Shown: positions 39,944 to 51,502, numbered from the stretch's first letter. The stretch is 51,502 bases of DNA from Escherichia coli (GCF_003334255.1 NZ_QOWU01000037.1); one strand, 5' to 3'. The notes: generated by a model from the sequence alone, not told the origin. Translations and numbers: made by a program.

Positions 39944-41047
39944 TTAACGGGTAATCATGTCATCACGGTGAACGGCAACCGGGCCGTATTCATATCCCAG
40001 TATTGCATCAATTTCTTGCGAGTGGTGTCCGGCAATACGGCGTAATGCATCGCTGTTGTAACGACTGACGCCGTGGGCGATATCGCGGCCTTCGAGGTTG
40101 CAAATGCGGATGACTTCACCACGCGAGAAATTGCCAGTCACGCTTTTAATGCCTTTCGGCAACAGGGAGCTGCCGCGTTCCAGAATGGCGGCAGTTGCCC
40201 CTTCATCTACCGTGATTTCACCCGCCGGCGGCGCACCGAAAATCCAGCGTTTACGGTTTTCAAGCGGAGTCGCCTGGGCATGGAACAGCGTACCGACGGA
40301 AATGCCTTCCATCACATCACCAATAACGCCCGGCTTGCTGCCCGCGGCAATAATGGTGTCGATACCCGCACGGCAAGCCACGTCAGCGGCCTGCAATTTG
40401 GTACTCATGCCGCCAGTTCCGAGGCCTGAAACGCTGTCACCGGCAATCGCGCGCAGTGCGTCATCAATGCCGTAAACATCTTTAATCAGTTCTGCCTGCG
40501 GATTGCTGCGCGGGTCAGCGGTATACAAACCTTTTTGATCGGTCAGCAGCAACAGTTTATCGGCACCCGCAAGAATCGCCGCCAGCGCAGAAAGGTTATC
40601 GTTATCGCCGACCTTAATCTCTGCCGTAGCGACAGCATCGTTCTCATTGATTACCGGAACGATATTGTTATCGAGCAACGCTCGCAGGGTGTCGCGGGCG
40701 TTCAGGAAGCGTTCACGGTCTTCCATATCAGCACGGGTCAGCAGCATTTGCCCGACGTGAATGCCATAAATCGAAAACAGCTGTTCCCACAGTTGAATCA
40801 GTCGACTCTGCCCTACCGCCGCCAGCAGTTGTTTCGAGGCGATGGTCGCTGGCAGTTCCGGGTAACCCAGGTGCTCACGTCCGGCGGCGATCGCGCCCGA
40901 CGTCACAATAACAATCCGATGCCCGGCGGCATGTAACTGCGCGCACTGGCGAACAAGTTCAACGATATGGGCACGGTTCAGACGGCGCGATCCGCCTGTT
41001 AGCACACTGGTGCCGAGTTTTACCACCAGCGTCTGGCTGTCACTCAT
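39944..41047 (-). CDS. proB: Glutamate 5-kinase
   Basis: Start [19 protein letters not shown]...; 367 aa; ORF open upstream to 41134. Confidence 0.95.
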
Positions 41048-41235
41048 GATTCTCTGCCATTCAATTTTAGGAAAAATGATATCAAACGAACGTTTTAGCA
41101 GGACTGTCGTCGGTTGCCAACCATCTGCGAGCAAAGCATGGCGTTTTGTTGCGCGGGATCAGCAAGCCTAGCGGCAGTTGTTTACGCTTTTATTACAGAT
41201 TTAATAAATTACCACATTTTAAGAATATTATTAAT

Positions 41236-41260
41236 CTGTAATATATCTTTAACAATCTCA
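41236..41260 (+). promoter_or_regulatory. Pho box upstream of phoE
   Basis: CTGTAATATATCTTTAACAATCTCA, tandem PhoB-binding repeats ~75 bp upstream of phoE start. Confidence 0.5.
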
Positions 41261-41334
41261 GGTTAAAAACTTTCCTGTTTTCAACGGGACTCTCCCGCTG
41301 AATATTCGCGCGTTAATTAAAATCAGGAATGAAA

Positions 41335-42390
41335 ATGAAAAAGAGCACTCTGGCATTAGTGGTGATGGGCATTGTGGCATCTGCATCTGTACAGGCTGCA
41401 GAAATATATAATAAAGACGGTAATAAACTGGATGTCTATGGCAAAGTTAAAGCCATGCATTATATGAGTGATAACGCCAGTAAAGATGGCGACCAGAGTT
41501 ATATCCGTTTTGGTTTTAAAGGCGAAACACAAATTAACGATCAACTGACTGGTTATGGTCGTTGGGAAGCAGAGTTTGCCGGTAATAAAGCAGAGAGTGA
41601 TACTGCACAGCAAAAAACGCGTCTCGCTTTTGCCGGGTTGAAATATAAAGATTTGGGTTCTTTCGATTATGGTCGTAACCTGGGGGCGTTGTATGACGTG
41701 GAAGCCTGGACCGATATGTTCCCGGAATTTGGTGGCGATTCCTCGGCGCAGACCGACAACTTTATGACCAAACGCGCCAGCGGTCTGGCGACGTATCGGA
41801 ACACCGACTTCTTCGGCGTTATCGATGGCCTGAACTTAACCCTGCAATATCAAGGGAAAAACGAAAACCGCGACGTTAAAAAGCAAAACGGCGATGGCTT
41901 CGGCACGTCATTGACATATGACTTTGGCGGCAGCGATTTCGCCATTAGTGGGGCCTATACCAACTCAGATCGCACCAACGAGCAGAACCTGCAAAGCCGT
42001 GGCACAGGCAAGCGTGCAGAAGCATGGGCAACAGGTCTGAAATACGATGCCAATAATATTTATCTGGCAACTTTCTATTCTGAAACACGCAAAATGACGC
42101 CAATAACTGGCGGCTTTGCCAATAAGACACAGAACTTTGAAGCGGTCGCTCAATACCAGTTTGACTTTGGTCTGCGTCCATCGCTGGGTTATGTCTTATC
42201 GAAAGGGAAAGATATTGAAGGTATCGGTGATGAAGATCTGGTCAATTATATCGACGTCGGTGCTACGTATTATTTCAACAAAAATATGTCAGCGTTTGTT
42301 GATTATAAAATCAACCAACTGGATAGCGATAACAAATTGAATATTAATAATGATGATATTGTCGCGGTTGGCATGACGTATCAGTTTTAA
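41335..42390 (+). CDS. phoE: Phosphoporin PhoE
   Basis: [21 protein letters not shown]...VAVGMTYQF, 351 aa matching recalled PhoE. Confidence 0.95.
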   Translation: MKKSTLALVVMGIVASASVQAAEIYNKDGNKLDVYGKVKAMHYMSDNASKDGDQSYIRFGFKGETQINDQLTGYGRWEAEFAGNKAESDTAQQKTRLAFAGLKYKDLGSFDYGRNLGALYDVEAWTDMFPEFGGDSSAQTDNFMTKRASGLATYRNTDFFGVIDGLNLTLQYQGKNENRDVKKQNGDGFGTSLTYDFGGSDFAISGAYTNSDRTNEQNLQSRGTGKRAEAWATGLKYDANNIYLATFYSETRKMTPITGGFANKTQNFEAVAQYQFDFGLRPSLGYVLSKGKDIEGIGDEDLVNYIDVGATYYFNKNMSAFVDYKINQLDSDNKLNINNDDIVAVGMTYQF

Positions 42391-42428
42391 TGAATATTGC
42401 CGGATGTGATGCATCCGGCACATTTCAC

Positions 42429-42887
<459 letters not shown>

Positions 42888-44132
42888 TTAACACAAGCGT
42901 TTTTCGATCCAGTCGGTGATTTCCTGAAGACCTTTGTCAAAATTCCGATACACCGGGTTAAATGGGATCTCTAATAATTTACCGTCAGCAGATGATGAGG
43001 TGATTAAGCGTGAGTCCTCTTCCGGGCTGAACGGATCGTTCTTCCAGTAGCCTGATAACATTGGCGTTGGGCAGCGACGTCCCAGCAATCCTTGCACTTT
43101 TAATGAATAGCGATTCAGCTCCACGCGCAACGCTTCATCGGAAGCATCATGCATCCCCAAACGACTGGCCAGAACGTCAAGATACATTTCCGGCACCTGT
43201 TGCTGGCACTTAAAATCACTCAACAGGGTATGAACTACCGGACCAAGACAGGCAACCGCTTTCAGACGCGGCGATTCAAGGTATGCCAGACGCACGGCAA
43301 CGTTAGCGCCGAAACGGAAACCAAAGGCCGCGACGCGAGTGTGATCCACCCACGGTACGTTAGGCAGCGCCTTTAAGACGTGCTGATGCAACAGGCTGGA
43401 GTCCTGGGTGAGCTTCCATTTTGAAGAAAAGCCCACCGACGGCATATCAATAGTCAGCATCGCAATGCCGCGCGGCGCAAAATAACGTTCATACAGGCTG
43501 TAATAGTCCGTCTGCATCGCATCCAGACCACCACACATTAATACCGTCGGGAACGGGCCATCGCCTTTCGGCATATGCAAAAAGCCGGTGATGGGCGCAC
43601 CGCCGGGTACGGTAAACTCCATCTGCCGCATCGTGCCCGGTAGACGCTGAGCGGCCTCTTCATAGGCGCGGTTTGACAAAGCCTGCGCTTGCTCGGCCAG
43701 GTCATCTCCTTTCAGATGAGGATAGGCGGCAATGTTGTACAACGTAGCCGCATGCAGCCAGTGACGACCACTGAGTTGCGGATCGTCTTCCGCACAGGCT
43801 TTTTGTTGCCACACCATCGCCTGGGTGGCCCACTCATAAATCCAGTTGCCGCCACGGTAGCCAATCACCGTATCGTATAAATCATCGTCGGTACGTTCGG
43901 CATCGCTCATCACAATACGTGCCTGGACGTCGAGGATTTCGCGTGGGTCAATGCCGCGCCAGATCCACATCAGACGGTTAATCATGCGATACCAGTGAGG
44001 GATGGTTTTACCATCAAGGGCCGACTGCACAGGCGGTTGTGCGCCGTGATTAAAGCGGCGGACTAGCGTCGAGGTTTCAGGATGTTTAAAGCGGGGTTTG
44101 AACAGGGTTTCGCTCAGGTTTGCCTGTGTCAT
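42888..44132 (-). CDS. frsA: Esterase FrsA (fermentation/respiration switch protein)
   Basis: 414 aa alpha/beta hydrolase; K-12 synteny between crl and gpt. Confidence 0.9.
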
Positions 44133-44223
44133 GGATGCAGCCTCCAGAATACTTACTGGAAACTATTGTAACCCGCCTGAAGTTAAAAAGAACAACGCCC
44201 GGCAGTGCCAGGCGTTGAAAAGA

Positions 44224-44682
44224 TTAGCGACCGGAGATTGGCGGGACGAATACGACGCCCATATCCCACGGCTGTTCAATCCAGGTATCTTGCGGGATAT
44301 CAACAACATAGTCATCAACCAGCGGACGACCAGCCGGTTTTGCGAAGATGGTGACAAAGTGCGCTTTTGGATACATTTCACGAATCGCAACCGCAGTACC
44401 ACCGGTATCCACCAGGTCATCAATAACGATGAAGCCTTCGCCATCGCCTTCTGCGCGTTTCAGCACTTTAAGCTCGCGCTGGTTGTCGTGATCGTAGCTG
44501 GAAATACAAACGGTATCGACATGACGAATACCCAGTTCACGCGCCAGTAACGCACCCGGTACCAGACCGCCACGGCTTACGGCAATAATGCCTTTCCATT
44601 GTTCAGAAGGCATCAGTCGGCTTGCGAGTTTACGTGCATGGATCTGCAACATGTCCCAGGTGACGATGTATTTTTCGCTCAT
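44224..44682 (-). CDS. gpt: Xanthine-guanine phosphoribosyltransferase
   Basis: 152 aa [23 protein letters not shown]... Confidence 0.95.
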
Positions 44683-44942
44683 GTGAAGTGTCCCAGCCTG
44701 TTTATCTACGGCTTAAAAAGTGTTCGAGGGGAAAATAGGTTGCGCGAGATTATAGAGATCTGGCGCACTAAAAACCAGTATTTCACATGAGTCCGCGTCT
44801 TTTTACGCACTGCCTCTCCCTGACGCGGGATAAAGTGGTATTCTCAAACATATCTCGCAAGCCTGTCTTGTGTTGACAACATTTTCTGCTAACCCTGTGA
44901 CCTGCAATACTGTTTTGCGGGTGATCGACAAGGAGACTTAAC

Positions 44943-46400
44943 GTGTCTGAACTGTCTCAATTATCTCCACAGCCGCTGTGGGATATTTTTGCCAAAATCT
45001 GTTCTATTCCTCACCCGTCCTATCATGAAGAGCAACTCGCTGAATACATTGTTGGTTGGGCAAAAGAGAAAGGTTTCCATGTCGAACGCGATCAGGTAGG
45101 TAATATCCTGATTCGTAAACCTGCTACCGCAGGTATGGAAAATCGTAAACCGGTCGTCTTACAGGCCCACCTCGATATGGTGCCGCAGAAAAATAACGAC
45201 ACCGTGCATGACTTCACGAAAGATCCTATCCAGCCTTATATTGATGGCGAATGGGTTAAAGCGCGCGGCACCACGCTGGGTGCGGATAACGGCATTGGTA
45301 TGGCCTCTGCGCTGGCGGTTCTGGCTGACGAAAACGTGGTTCACGGCCCGCTGGAAGTGCTGCTGACCATGACCGAAGAAGCCGGTATGGACGGTGCGTT
45401 CGGCTTACAGGGCAACTGGTTGCAGGCTGATATTCTGATTAACACCGACTCCGAAGAAGAAGGTGAAATCTACATGGGTTGTGCGGGGGGTATCGACTTC
45501 ACCTCCAACCTGCATTTAGATCGTGAAGCGGTTCCAGCTGGTTTTGAAACCTTCAAGTTAACCTTAAAAGGTCTGAAAGGCGGTCACTCCGGCGGGGAAA
45601 TCCACGTTGGGCTGGGTAATGCCAACAAACTGCTGGTGCGCTTCCTGGCGGGTCATGCGGAAGAACTGGATCTGCGCCTTATCGATTTCAACGGCGGCAC
45701 ACTGCGTAACGCCATCCCGCGTGAAGCCTTTGCGACCATTGCTGTCGCAGCTGATAAAGTCGACGTCCTGAAATCTCTGGTGAATACCTATCAGGAGATC
45801 CTGAAAAACGAGCTGGCAGAAAAAGAGAAAAATCTGGCCTTGTTGCTGGACTCTGTAGCGAACGATAAAGCTGCCCTGATTGCGAAATCTCGCGATACCT
45901 TTATTCGTCTGCTGAACGCCACCCCGAACGGTGTGATTCGTAACTCCGATGTAGCCAAAGGTGTGGTTGAAACCTCCCTGAACGTCGGTGTGGTGACCAT
46001 GACTGACAATAACGTAGAAATTCACTGCCTGATCCGTTCACTGATCGACAGCGGTAAAGACTACGTGGTGAGCATGCTGGATTCGCTGGGTAAACTGGCT
46101 GGCGCGAAAACCGAAGCGAAAGGCGCATATCCTGGCTGGCAGCCGGACGCTAATTCTCCGGTGATGCATCTGGTACGTGAAACCTATCAGCGCCTGTTCA
46201 ACAAGACGCCGAACATCCAGATTATCCACGCGGGCCTGGAATGTGGTCTGTTCAAAAAACCGTATCCGGAAATGGACATGGTTTCTATCGGGCCAACTAT
46301 CACCGGTCCACACTCTCCGGATGAGCAAGTTCACATCGAAAGCGTAGGTCATTACTGGACACTGCTGACTGAACTGCTGAAAGAAATTCCGGCGAAGTAA
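44943..46400 (+). CDS. pepD: Cytosol non-specific dipeptidase PepD
   Basis: 485 aa, GTG start, M20-family metal-binding motifs; K-12 synteny. Confidence 0.95.
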   Translation: MSELSQLSPQPLWDIFAKICSIPHPSYHEEQLAEYIVGWAKEKGFHVERDQVGNILIRKPATAGMENRKPVVLQAHLDMVPQKNNDTVHDFTKDPIQPYIDGEWVKARGTTLGADNGIGMASALAVLADENVVHGPLEVLLTMTEEAGMDGAFGLQGNWLQADILINTDSEEEGEIYMGCAGGIDFTSNLHLDREAVPAGFETFKLTLKGLKGGHSGGEIHVGLGNANKLLVRFLAGHAEELDLRLIDFNGGTLRNAIPREAFATIAVAADKVDVLKSLVNTYQEILKNELAEKEKNLALLLDSVANDKAALIAKSRDTFIRLLNATPNGVIRNSDVAKGVVETSLNVGVVTMTDNNVEIHCLIRSLIDSGKDYVVSMLDSLGKLAGAKTEAKGAYPGWQPDANSPVMHLVRETYQRLFNKTPNIQIIHAGLECGLFKKPYPEMDMVSIGPTITGPHSPDEQVHIESVGHYWTLLTELLKEIPAK

Positions 46401-46456
46401 TTATTTGATTTGCTGCCGGATGGCGTTTAATCGCCTTCCGGCAGTTTCATCCTTCA

Positions 46457-47014
46457 TTATCCTTCGATAAAAGCCATCCCTGTAAATGTCCGTCGCGGGT
46501 TGCCACGTTCAATCTGGTGATGGAACATTCGCCGCTGCGATTTCAGCGCCGCGCTATTTTCCTGTTGCTGTTGCTCCAGCTTCCAGGCAATCAGCAATCG
46601 TGCCAGCCGCTTGTTAGCATGCTGACTACGCTCTGACTGAACCTTCACGCTAATACCGGATGCCAAATGCGTGGCGCGTACCGCCGAGTCGGTTTTATTG
46701 ACATGTTGACCGCCCGGCCCCGACGAACGCAGCGTCTCATAACGGATTGCATCCGATTGTTCCTGCTCATCAGCGGTAAAACGCCCAATGCCCAGAAACC
46801 AGTTTTTGCGCCCATGATGAGGCCGATACGGACTCGGACAAATCCACTGAATAGTGCCACACCAGCTTTCGCTTAATGCCCATGCGTTATCGCCATCGAG
46901 AGAAACCAGCGCCGAACGCAGTGTGTCAGAGTAGCGGCCCGTTTCTGTTTCCAGCACCGTTACCGCGACGTCTTGCCGGGTAAAAACGACCAACAGAGAA
47001 GAACGCTGCGCCAA
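46457..47014 (-). pseudogene. prfH: prfH remnant (peptide chain release factor H homologue lacking native N-terminus)
   Basis: Contains GGQ motif ([12 protein letters not shown]) and PrfH C-terminus, but N-terminal ~30 aa replaced; overlaps rtcB fragment as in the K-12 ykfJ-prfH deletion. Confidence 0.6.
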
Positions 47015-47192
47015 TCGGGTAGCCGCGTCCGGGGTGTAAATCTGGCATCCCCACTACGCGCTGCATGTTGGGTAAATTTGCCGTGGTGTGTAATTGTTGG
47101 ATCGCTAAACTCTCGATCCACAGGTCATCAGATGCGATGGTAAATACCGCATCGGATAAGGGACGAATATATTTGCCCATGTACCATTCCAT
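46926..47192 (-). pseudogene. ykfJ: RtcB-family RNA ligase N-terminal fragment (ykfJ-like)
   Basis: [51 protein letters not shown]... = RtcB N-terminus, then frame lost after ~65 aa. Confidence 0.6.
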
Positions 47193-47497
47193 TTATACTC
47201 GTCATACTTCAAGTTGCATGTACTGCGACTGCGTTCGTTCACCCCAGTCACTTACTTATGTAAGCTCCTGGCGATTCACTCGCTTGTCGCCTTCCTGCAA
47301 CTCGAATTATTTAGAGTATATAAATATAAAAATCAGGAAATGGCAGACGAATCCAGGGCAAGAAAAAAAGAATTAATCCTGGAAAGGTCTGCAAAGAGTC
47401 ATTGATAAAGGATTTGTCATGATTTACCTCCTTGCAGTTTGTGGAATCAGAAAACGCGCACATACCAGGCGGGCGTTATTTTCATTGCAAGCTGGAT

Positions 47498-47950
47498 TTA
47501 ATGTTGCGGTTTATATCGCATATAAAAATTAGTAAACCACGCTCCCCGGCATTCAACGCGCTGCTGCTTAACTGTCTGAAAACCATAACGTTCAAAAAAG
47601 GGTTTTGCGGTTATGCTTGCGTCCACCGTAAGTTCGGATTCAGACTTAATCAAAGGTTTTAACAAAGCGCTGGCAACCCCACGGCGGGTGTATTCAGGGT
47701 CAACAAATAACATATCGATATAATGTTCAATGCGGGAAATAAAACCAACCGGTTGTGCATTAATGATCGCAACCCACACTTGTGATTTCGCGAGTTTCTC
47801 CTTCCAGCGAGATTCGTCAATCTGCGCCCAGGCGGAAATTTGTTGTGGTGAATAATGCTGACTGGCGGTCATCGTAACCGCTCTAATGAAAATAGCGCAT
47901 AGTTGCTGAAAATCGCCAGGCTGATAGTTTCTTATTTGTATGTTATTCAT
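47498..47950 (-). CDS. yafP: GNAT-family acetyltransferase YafP
   Basis: 150 aa; K-12 dinB-yafNOP operon synteny. Confidence 0.85.
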   Translation of the reverse strand: MNNIQIRNYQPGDFQQLCAIFIRAVTMTASQHYSPQQISAWAQIDESRWKEKLAKSQVWVAIINAQPVGFISRIEHYIDMLFVDPEYTRRGVASALLKPLIKSESELTVDASITAKPFFERYGFQTVKQQRVECRGAWFTNFYMRYKPQH

Positions 47951-47959
47951 AATATAAAT

Positions 47960-48358
47960 TCAAAAACGCATGCGAAACGCTTCTGCCATTTTCCCAATTT
48001 TATGCATTTGGTTGTTATCTCGAGCCAGTTTATGAGGTTCAGGTTTCAGAATGGCAATGAGCAACCATGCTTGCTCATCAAACGCCCCCTGACAATATAC
48101 CAAATGCGCTTCGTCATTCGTTCTGCTGAATTGGCGCAACTGTGGCGGAAATGGATTATTCTCATTTGCCAGATGAATATGAGCAACTCGCTCAAATTTG
48201 ATTAATGGCCAGGTAAAGGAGTCGTCGTAGAGTGCATCGCGACCAAATATATCTGGCAAAACACCGTCACGCTTATAGGAAATAAAATCCGCCGTTAACG
48301 CATCAAGTTCCTCTGCTGTAAGTTGCAGGCGAATAAGTTTTGTTTTGAATACCCGCAT
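47960..48358 (-). CDS. yafO: Toxin YafO (ribosome-dependent mRNA interferase)
   Basis: 132 aa MRVFKTKLIRLQLTAEELDALTADFISYKRDG... Confidence 0.9.
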   Translation of the reverse strand: MRVFKTKLIRLQLTAEELDALTADFISYKRDGVLPDIFGRDALYDDSFTWPLIKFERVAHIHLANENNPFPPQLRQFSRTNDEAHLVYCQGAFDEQAWLLIAILKPEPHKLARDNNQMHKIGKMAEAFRMRF

Positions 48359-48360
48359 CC

Positions 48361-48654
48361 TTATTCCTTAAAGTCATTGAAATCATCATCCGTCATATCA
48401 TTAAGATATTGTTCAGCGCGGCGTGTAATTTCCTCTAATCTTGCAGCACTTGGACGGAAGCGCGCCTTTATGGGCTTTTTCTCCTCTTGTTCAGCAAGCA
48501 TGTCCATTAACGCTTCGAATGCGCTGGCACTTAAGAGATATCCTGCGGGGCGATTATTAGAAAGAACCGCAACCGGTTGATCAATAAAGTATTTAGCTGG
48601 GTTTTTACGTAACTCAGTGATATTGACCGATTTTTCAGCGAGAATTCGATGCAT
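48361..48654 (-). CDS. yafN: Antitoxin YafN
   Basis: 97 aa MHRILAEKSVNITELRKNPAKYF... Phd/YefM-like. Confidence 0.9.
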   Translation of the reverse strand: MHRILAEKSVNITELRKNPAKYFIDQPVAVLSNNRPAGYLLSASAFEALMDMLAEQEEKKPIKARFRPSAARLEEITRRAEQYLNDMTDDDFNDFKE

Positions 48655-48705
48655 ACAGTGATACCCTCATAATAATGCACACCAGAATATACATAATAGT
48701 ATACA

Positions 48706-49770
48706 TCATAATCCCAGCACCAGTTGTCTTTCCATTTGCGGGTCAAGCAACGTCACATGCAGCCCCACCAGACGCACACCGCGCCCGCCGCGGCGTTCAT
48801 CCCAGGTTTTACGCGCGGTGGCGATTAGATCAGCTTTATTCAGCCGCGGCCAGACGTGCTCCTGGGTGGTTTGCTGAAAATCGTCGAACTTTAATTTCAC
48901 CCCCTGGCGAGCAATCAGTAAATCAGGTTTTACCTTTGCCAGACGGCGTTCAAGTTCCGGATACAGCCGCTCGATAATCGCTTCACATTCAGACCAGTGA
49001 TGAATATCTTCCGCCATCGTGCGTTCCACGCCGACGGATTTTCGCAACCGTTCGCTGTTAACATCGCGTTCGTCAATCCCCTGACTACGCTCCCACAAAA
49101 TGCGGCCAAATTTGCCAAAGCGTTTAAGCAGCATCACCAGATCACACTTTTGTACATCACCGCAGGTCCGCAGCCCCATCGCTTCCAGTTTTGCCGCTGA
49201 GACTTTGCCGACGCCGGGGATTTTTGCCAGCGGTAAGGTTTGTAAAAATGCCGGAACTTCTGCCGGCGTAATCACAAACTGGCCGTTGGGTTTATTCATG
49301 TCGGAGGCGATTTTGGCGAGAAACTTTACTGGTGCCACGCCCGCAGACGCCGTCAGTTGCAGCTCGTTGAAGATTGTCTGGCGGATTTCCTGGGCGATGA
49401 GGGTCGCAGAACCGTGGCAATGGACGCTATCGGTGACATCGAGATAAGCCTCATCCAGTGACAACGGTTCAATGCGCGAGGTGTAGCGCGAGAAGATTTC
49501 ACGGATATGATTTGAGGCTTCTTTGTAGGCGTCAAAGCGCCCCGGAAGCAAGGTGAGATGTGGGCATAATTTGAGCGCCATCCCTGTCGGCATAGCGCTA
49601 CGTACGCCAAATTTACGCGCGGGATAATTGGCGGTGCTGATCACCCCCCGACGTTCGCGGCTGCCGCCAATAGCAATAGGGATATCGCGCAGGGCGGGAT
49701 TGTCGCGCATCTCCACTGCGGCGAAAAAGCAGTCCATATCCACATGAATAATCTTCACTTTCTTATGCAC
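48706..49770 (-). CDS. dinB: DNA polymerase IV (DinB); 5' end and promoter differ from K-12
   Basis: ...[31 protein letters not shown]... Y-family polymerase; only GTG starts available (49770 or 49758); sequence upstream of codon ~4 unrelated to the K-12 dinB leader as I recall it. Confidence 0.85.
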   Translation of the reverse strand: MHKKVKIIHVDMDCFFAAVEMRDNPALRDIPIAIGGSRERRGVISTANYPARKFGVRSAMPTGMALKLCPHLTLLPGRFDAYKEASNHIREIFSRYTSRIEPLSLDEAYLDVTDSVHCHGSATLIAQEIRQTIFNELQLTASAGVAPVKFLAKIASDMNKPNGQFVITPAEVPAFLQTLPLAKIPGVGKVSAAKLEAMGLRTCGDVQKCDLVMLLKRFGKFGRILWERSQGIDERDVNSERLRKSVGVERTMAEDIHHWSECEAIIERLYPELERRLAKVKPDLLIARQGVKLKFDDFQQTTQEHVWPRLNKADLIATARKTWDERRGGRGVRLVGLHVTLLDPQMERQLVLGL

Positions 49771-49816
49771 CCTGTGGATTTATACATATAAAGAGATTAT
49801 ACACACAAAAGCAAAA

Positions 49817-50587
49817 TCAGTAAGTGCCGCGTTTATTCGGATTCACGCTAAACTTCCGTAAAGCATTACCCGACTTAAGCACCTTTGAAGCTTGCTCATT
49901 AGCTGAGGCTGTGAAGGTGCTTTTTCCATTCTCAACTTTGACACTTTTACCACAATTGATACGGGCTTGAAGTTGCTCATTAGTGAGTTCACTCGTAGAG
50001 CGATTATATAACTCCTGACACAGCAACATACCATTACCTAAACTTGTTGTAGTGTTACCTGTATTCTTCTTAGAAGTTGCACCACCATCATTCGTGGTAG
50101 CTGTTTTGCCAGTAGCTGCTGAGACATCAGTTTGTCCTACGATTGAACGAAACTCTACACCTTGGAAGGTCATCTGAATACGAAGACCGTTAGCAATGGT
50201 ATGCTCTTTACTCGCTTTAAACTGAGTAATGATACTATCAGTGATAGCTATTCCATCTCTACAAACAATAGTGATGATTTGCTTCTGGTCTCGCCATTGT
50301 TCAACCGTAGAAATAAAGGTTTCTACAAGTTGCCCCTGTCTGGTTAATAGAACTGAACCCGTCGAATCAACCACTACAACACCGCTAATAGAGATGGTCT
50401 TAGGTGCTCTCTGAACATTATCAGTGATAGTTTGCCCCGATTGCATAGCCTGAGTTGTCACCATCATCGGTGAGTCATAGTCCATCTGTTCAGTAGCTGT
50501 TAAGGCAAGAAAAGATTCTACATTATCTCTAAGGTGAAAATAGATACCATCTTTACCTGAGTATCTAATTTGCTTTGTGTCAAACAT
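49817..50587 (-). CDS. Hypothetical protein in low-GC islet (256 aa); Thr/Ser/Asn-rich central region
   Basis: ORF in ~40% GC DNA between dinB and IS629; no motif recognised. Confidence 0.45.
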   Translation of the reverse strand: MFDTKQIRYSGKDGIYFHLRDNVESFLALTATEQMDYDSPMMVTTQAMQSGQTITDNVQRAPKTISISGVVVVDSTGSVLLTRQGQLVETFISTVEQWRDQKQIITIVCRDGIAITDSIITQFKASKEHTIANGLRIQMTFQGVEFRSIVGQTDVSAATGKTATTNDGGATSKKNTGNTTTSLGNGMLLCQELYNRSTSELTNEQLQARINCGKSVKVENGKSTFTASANEQASKVLKSGNALRKFSVNPNKRGTY

Positions 50588-50630
50588 TGTTGTTATTCCT
50601 ATTCTGTTAAGCGTGAGCTACGTGAAATCT

Positions 50631-51433
50631 TGAACCGCCCCGGAAATCCTGGAGACTAAACTCCCTGAGAAAGAGGTAAACAGGATGACTAAAAATACTC
50701 GTTTTTCCCCCGAAGTCCGTCAGCGGGCGATTCGTATGGTTCTGGAAAGTCAGGATGAATATGACTCACAGTGGGCGGCAATTTGTTCCATTGCCCCAAA
50801 GATTGGCTGTACGCCGGAGACTCTGCGTGTCTGGGTTCGCCAGCATGAGCGGGATACCGGGGGCGGTGATGGAGGGCTCACCACCGCTGAACGTCAGCGT
50901 CTGAAAGAGCTGGAACGTGAAAATCGTGAACTGCGCCGCAGTAACGATATCCTTCGCCAGGCTTCCGCTTATTTTGCGAAGGCGGAGTTCGACCGCCTCT
51001 GGAAAAAATGATGCCACTGCTGGATAAGCTGCGTGAGCAGTACGGGGTCGGACCGGTATGCAGCGAACTGCATATTGCCCCGTCAACGTATTACCATTGT
51101 CAGCAACAGCGACATCATCCGGATAAACGCAGTGCCCGTGCGCAGCACGATGACTGGCTGAAGAGAGAGATACAGCGCGTATACGATGAAAATCATCAGG
51201 TGTACGGTGTGCGTAAAGTCTGGCGTCAGTTGTTACGGGAAGGAATCAGGGTGGCCAGATGTACAGTGGCGCGCCTCATGGCGGTTATGGGACTTGCCGG
51301 TGTTCTCCGGGGTAAAAAGGTCCGCACTACCGTCAGCCGGAAAACCGTTGCCACAGGTGACCGCGTAAACCGTCAGTTCGTGGCAGAACGTCCTGACCAG
51401 CTGTGGGTGGCTGATTTTACTTACGGTGTGCCC
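50631..51433 (+). mobile_element. IS629 (IS3 family) 5' fragment, interrupted before the DDE domain
   Basis: Terminal TGAACCGCCCCGG; orfA and orfB proteins match recalled IS629. orfB frame diverges after ...WVADFTY and stops. Confidence 0.75.
50685..51011 (+). CDS. IS629 OrfA (transposase HTH/leucine-zipper subunit)
   Basis: [42 protein letters not shown]... Confidence 0.85.
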   Translation: MTKNTRFSPEVRQRAIRMVLESQDEYDSQWAAICSIAPKIGCTPETLRVWVRQHERDTGGGDGGLTTAERQRLKELERENRELRRSNDILRQASAYFAKAEFDRLWKK

Positions 51434-51490
51434 GGAGTTCAGGGCGGGCATGGATGCTTAAATGAACCGCGAGTCTGTCTGGAATATTGA
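51008..51490 (+). pseudogene. IS629 OrfB transposase, truncated (160 of ~296 aa)
   Basis: [46 protein letters not shown]... then unrelated C-terminus GVPGVQGGHGCLNEPRVCLEY and stop. Confidence 0.7.
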
Positions 51491-51502
51491 ACCGGTAACT
51501 CA

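Noticed and set aside
47065-47662. Small ORFs in the prfH-yafP spacer (47065..47376, 47214..47405, 47432..47662)
   Set aside because: AT-rich intergenic DNA, no RBS, products low complexity; K-12 has no genes here as far as I recall.

Overview
The first ~38.5 kb of the window is the int-proximal part of a mosaic lambdoid prophage integrated at the thrW tRNA-Thr(CGU) gene next to proBA. The prophage left end and att duplicate lie outside the window. Modules run left to right as follows. (1) A low-GC GIY-YIG nuclease-domain ORF sits at the extreme left. (2) A Pin/Gin-type DNA invertase has two 26-bp gix-like crossover sites bounding a ~1.7 kb invertible tail-fibre/tail-fibre-assembly cassette. 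(3) A Mu/e14/SfV-like contractile-tail module on the minus strand runs fibre, gp48, J, gp46, V, P, N, tape measure, chaperone with -1 frameshift, tube, sheath. (4) An HK97-type head module comprises major capsid, protease, portal, TerL, P27-family TerS and HNH. (5) A phage-21/DLP12-like late region comprises Bor, Rz/Rz1, SAR endolysin R21, pinholin S21, an OmpC-family porin gene opposite to late transcription, and Q (QuuD-like). (6) A DLP12-like nin region holds ylcG, rusA, ybcO, ninE and ybcN. (7) A low-GC two-gene moron encodes an N-terminal TM protein. (8) Ead/Ea-like small genes and lambda-type P and O (with ori iterons) follow. (9) The immunity region has a YdaT-like ORF (CII position), Cro/YdaS-like, divergent operators and an S24-peptidase CI repressor, with no N gene. 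(10) The leftward early operon (drawn rightward here) carries a kil-position ORF, gam, bet, exo, orf60a/63/61, a TraR-like zinc finger, xis and int. Host DNA follows in E. coli K-12-like synteny, reverse-complemented: thrW, proA, proB, phoE, crl, frsA, gpt, pepD, rtcB'/prfH' remnants, yafP, yafO-yafN, dinB. The dinB promoter and first codons are replaced by a low-GC islet encoding a 256-aa hypothetical protein, followed by a 5' fragment of IS629 running to the window end. Product identities rest on motif recognition and my recollection of lambda, DLP12, phage 21, Mu and E. coli K-12 proteins. No database search was possible. The most novel candidates are the GIY-YIG ORF beside the invertase and the hairpin-gated TM-protein moron; the islet that rewires dinB is the other notable accessory feature.
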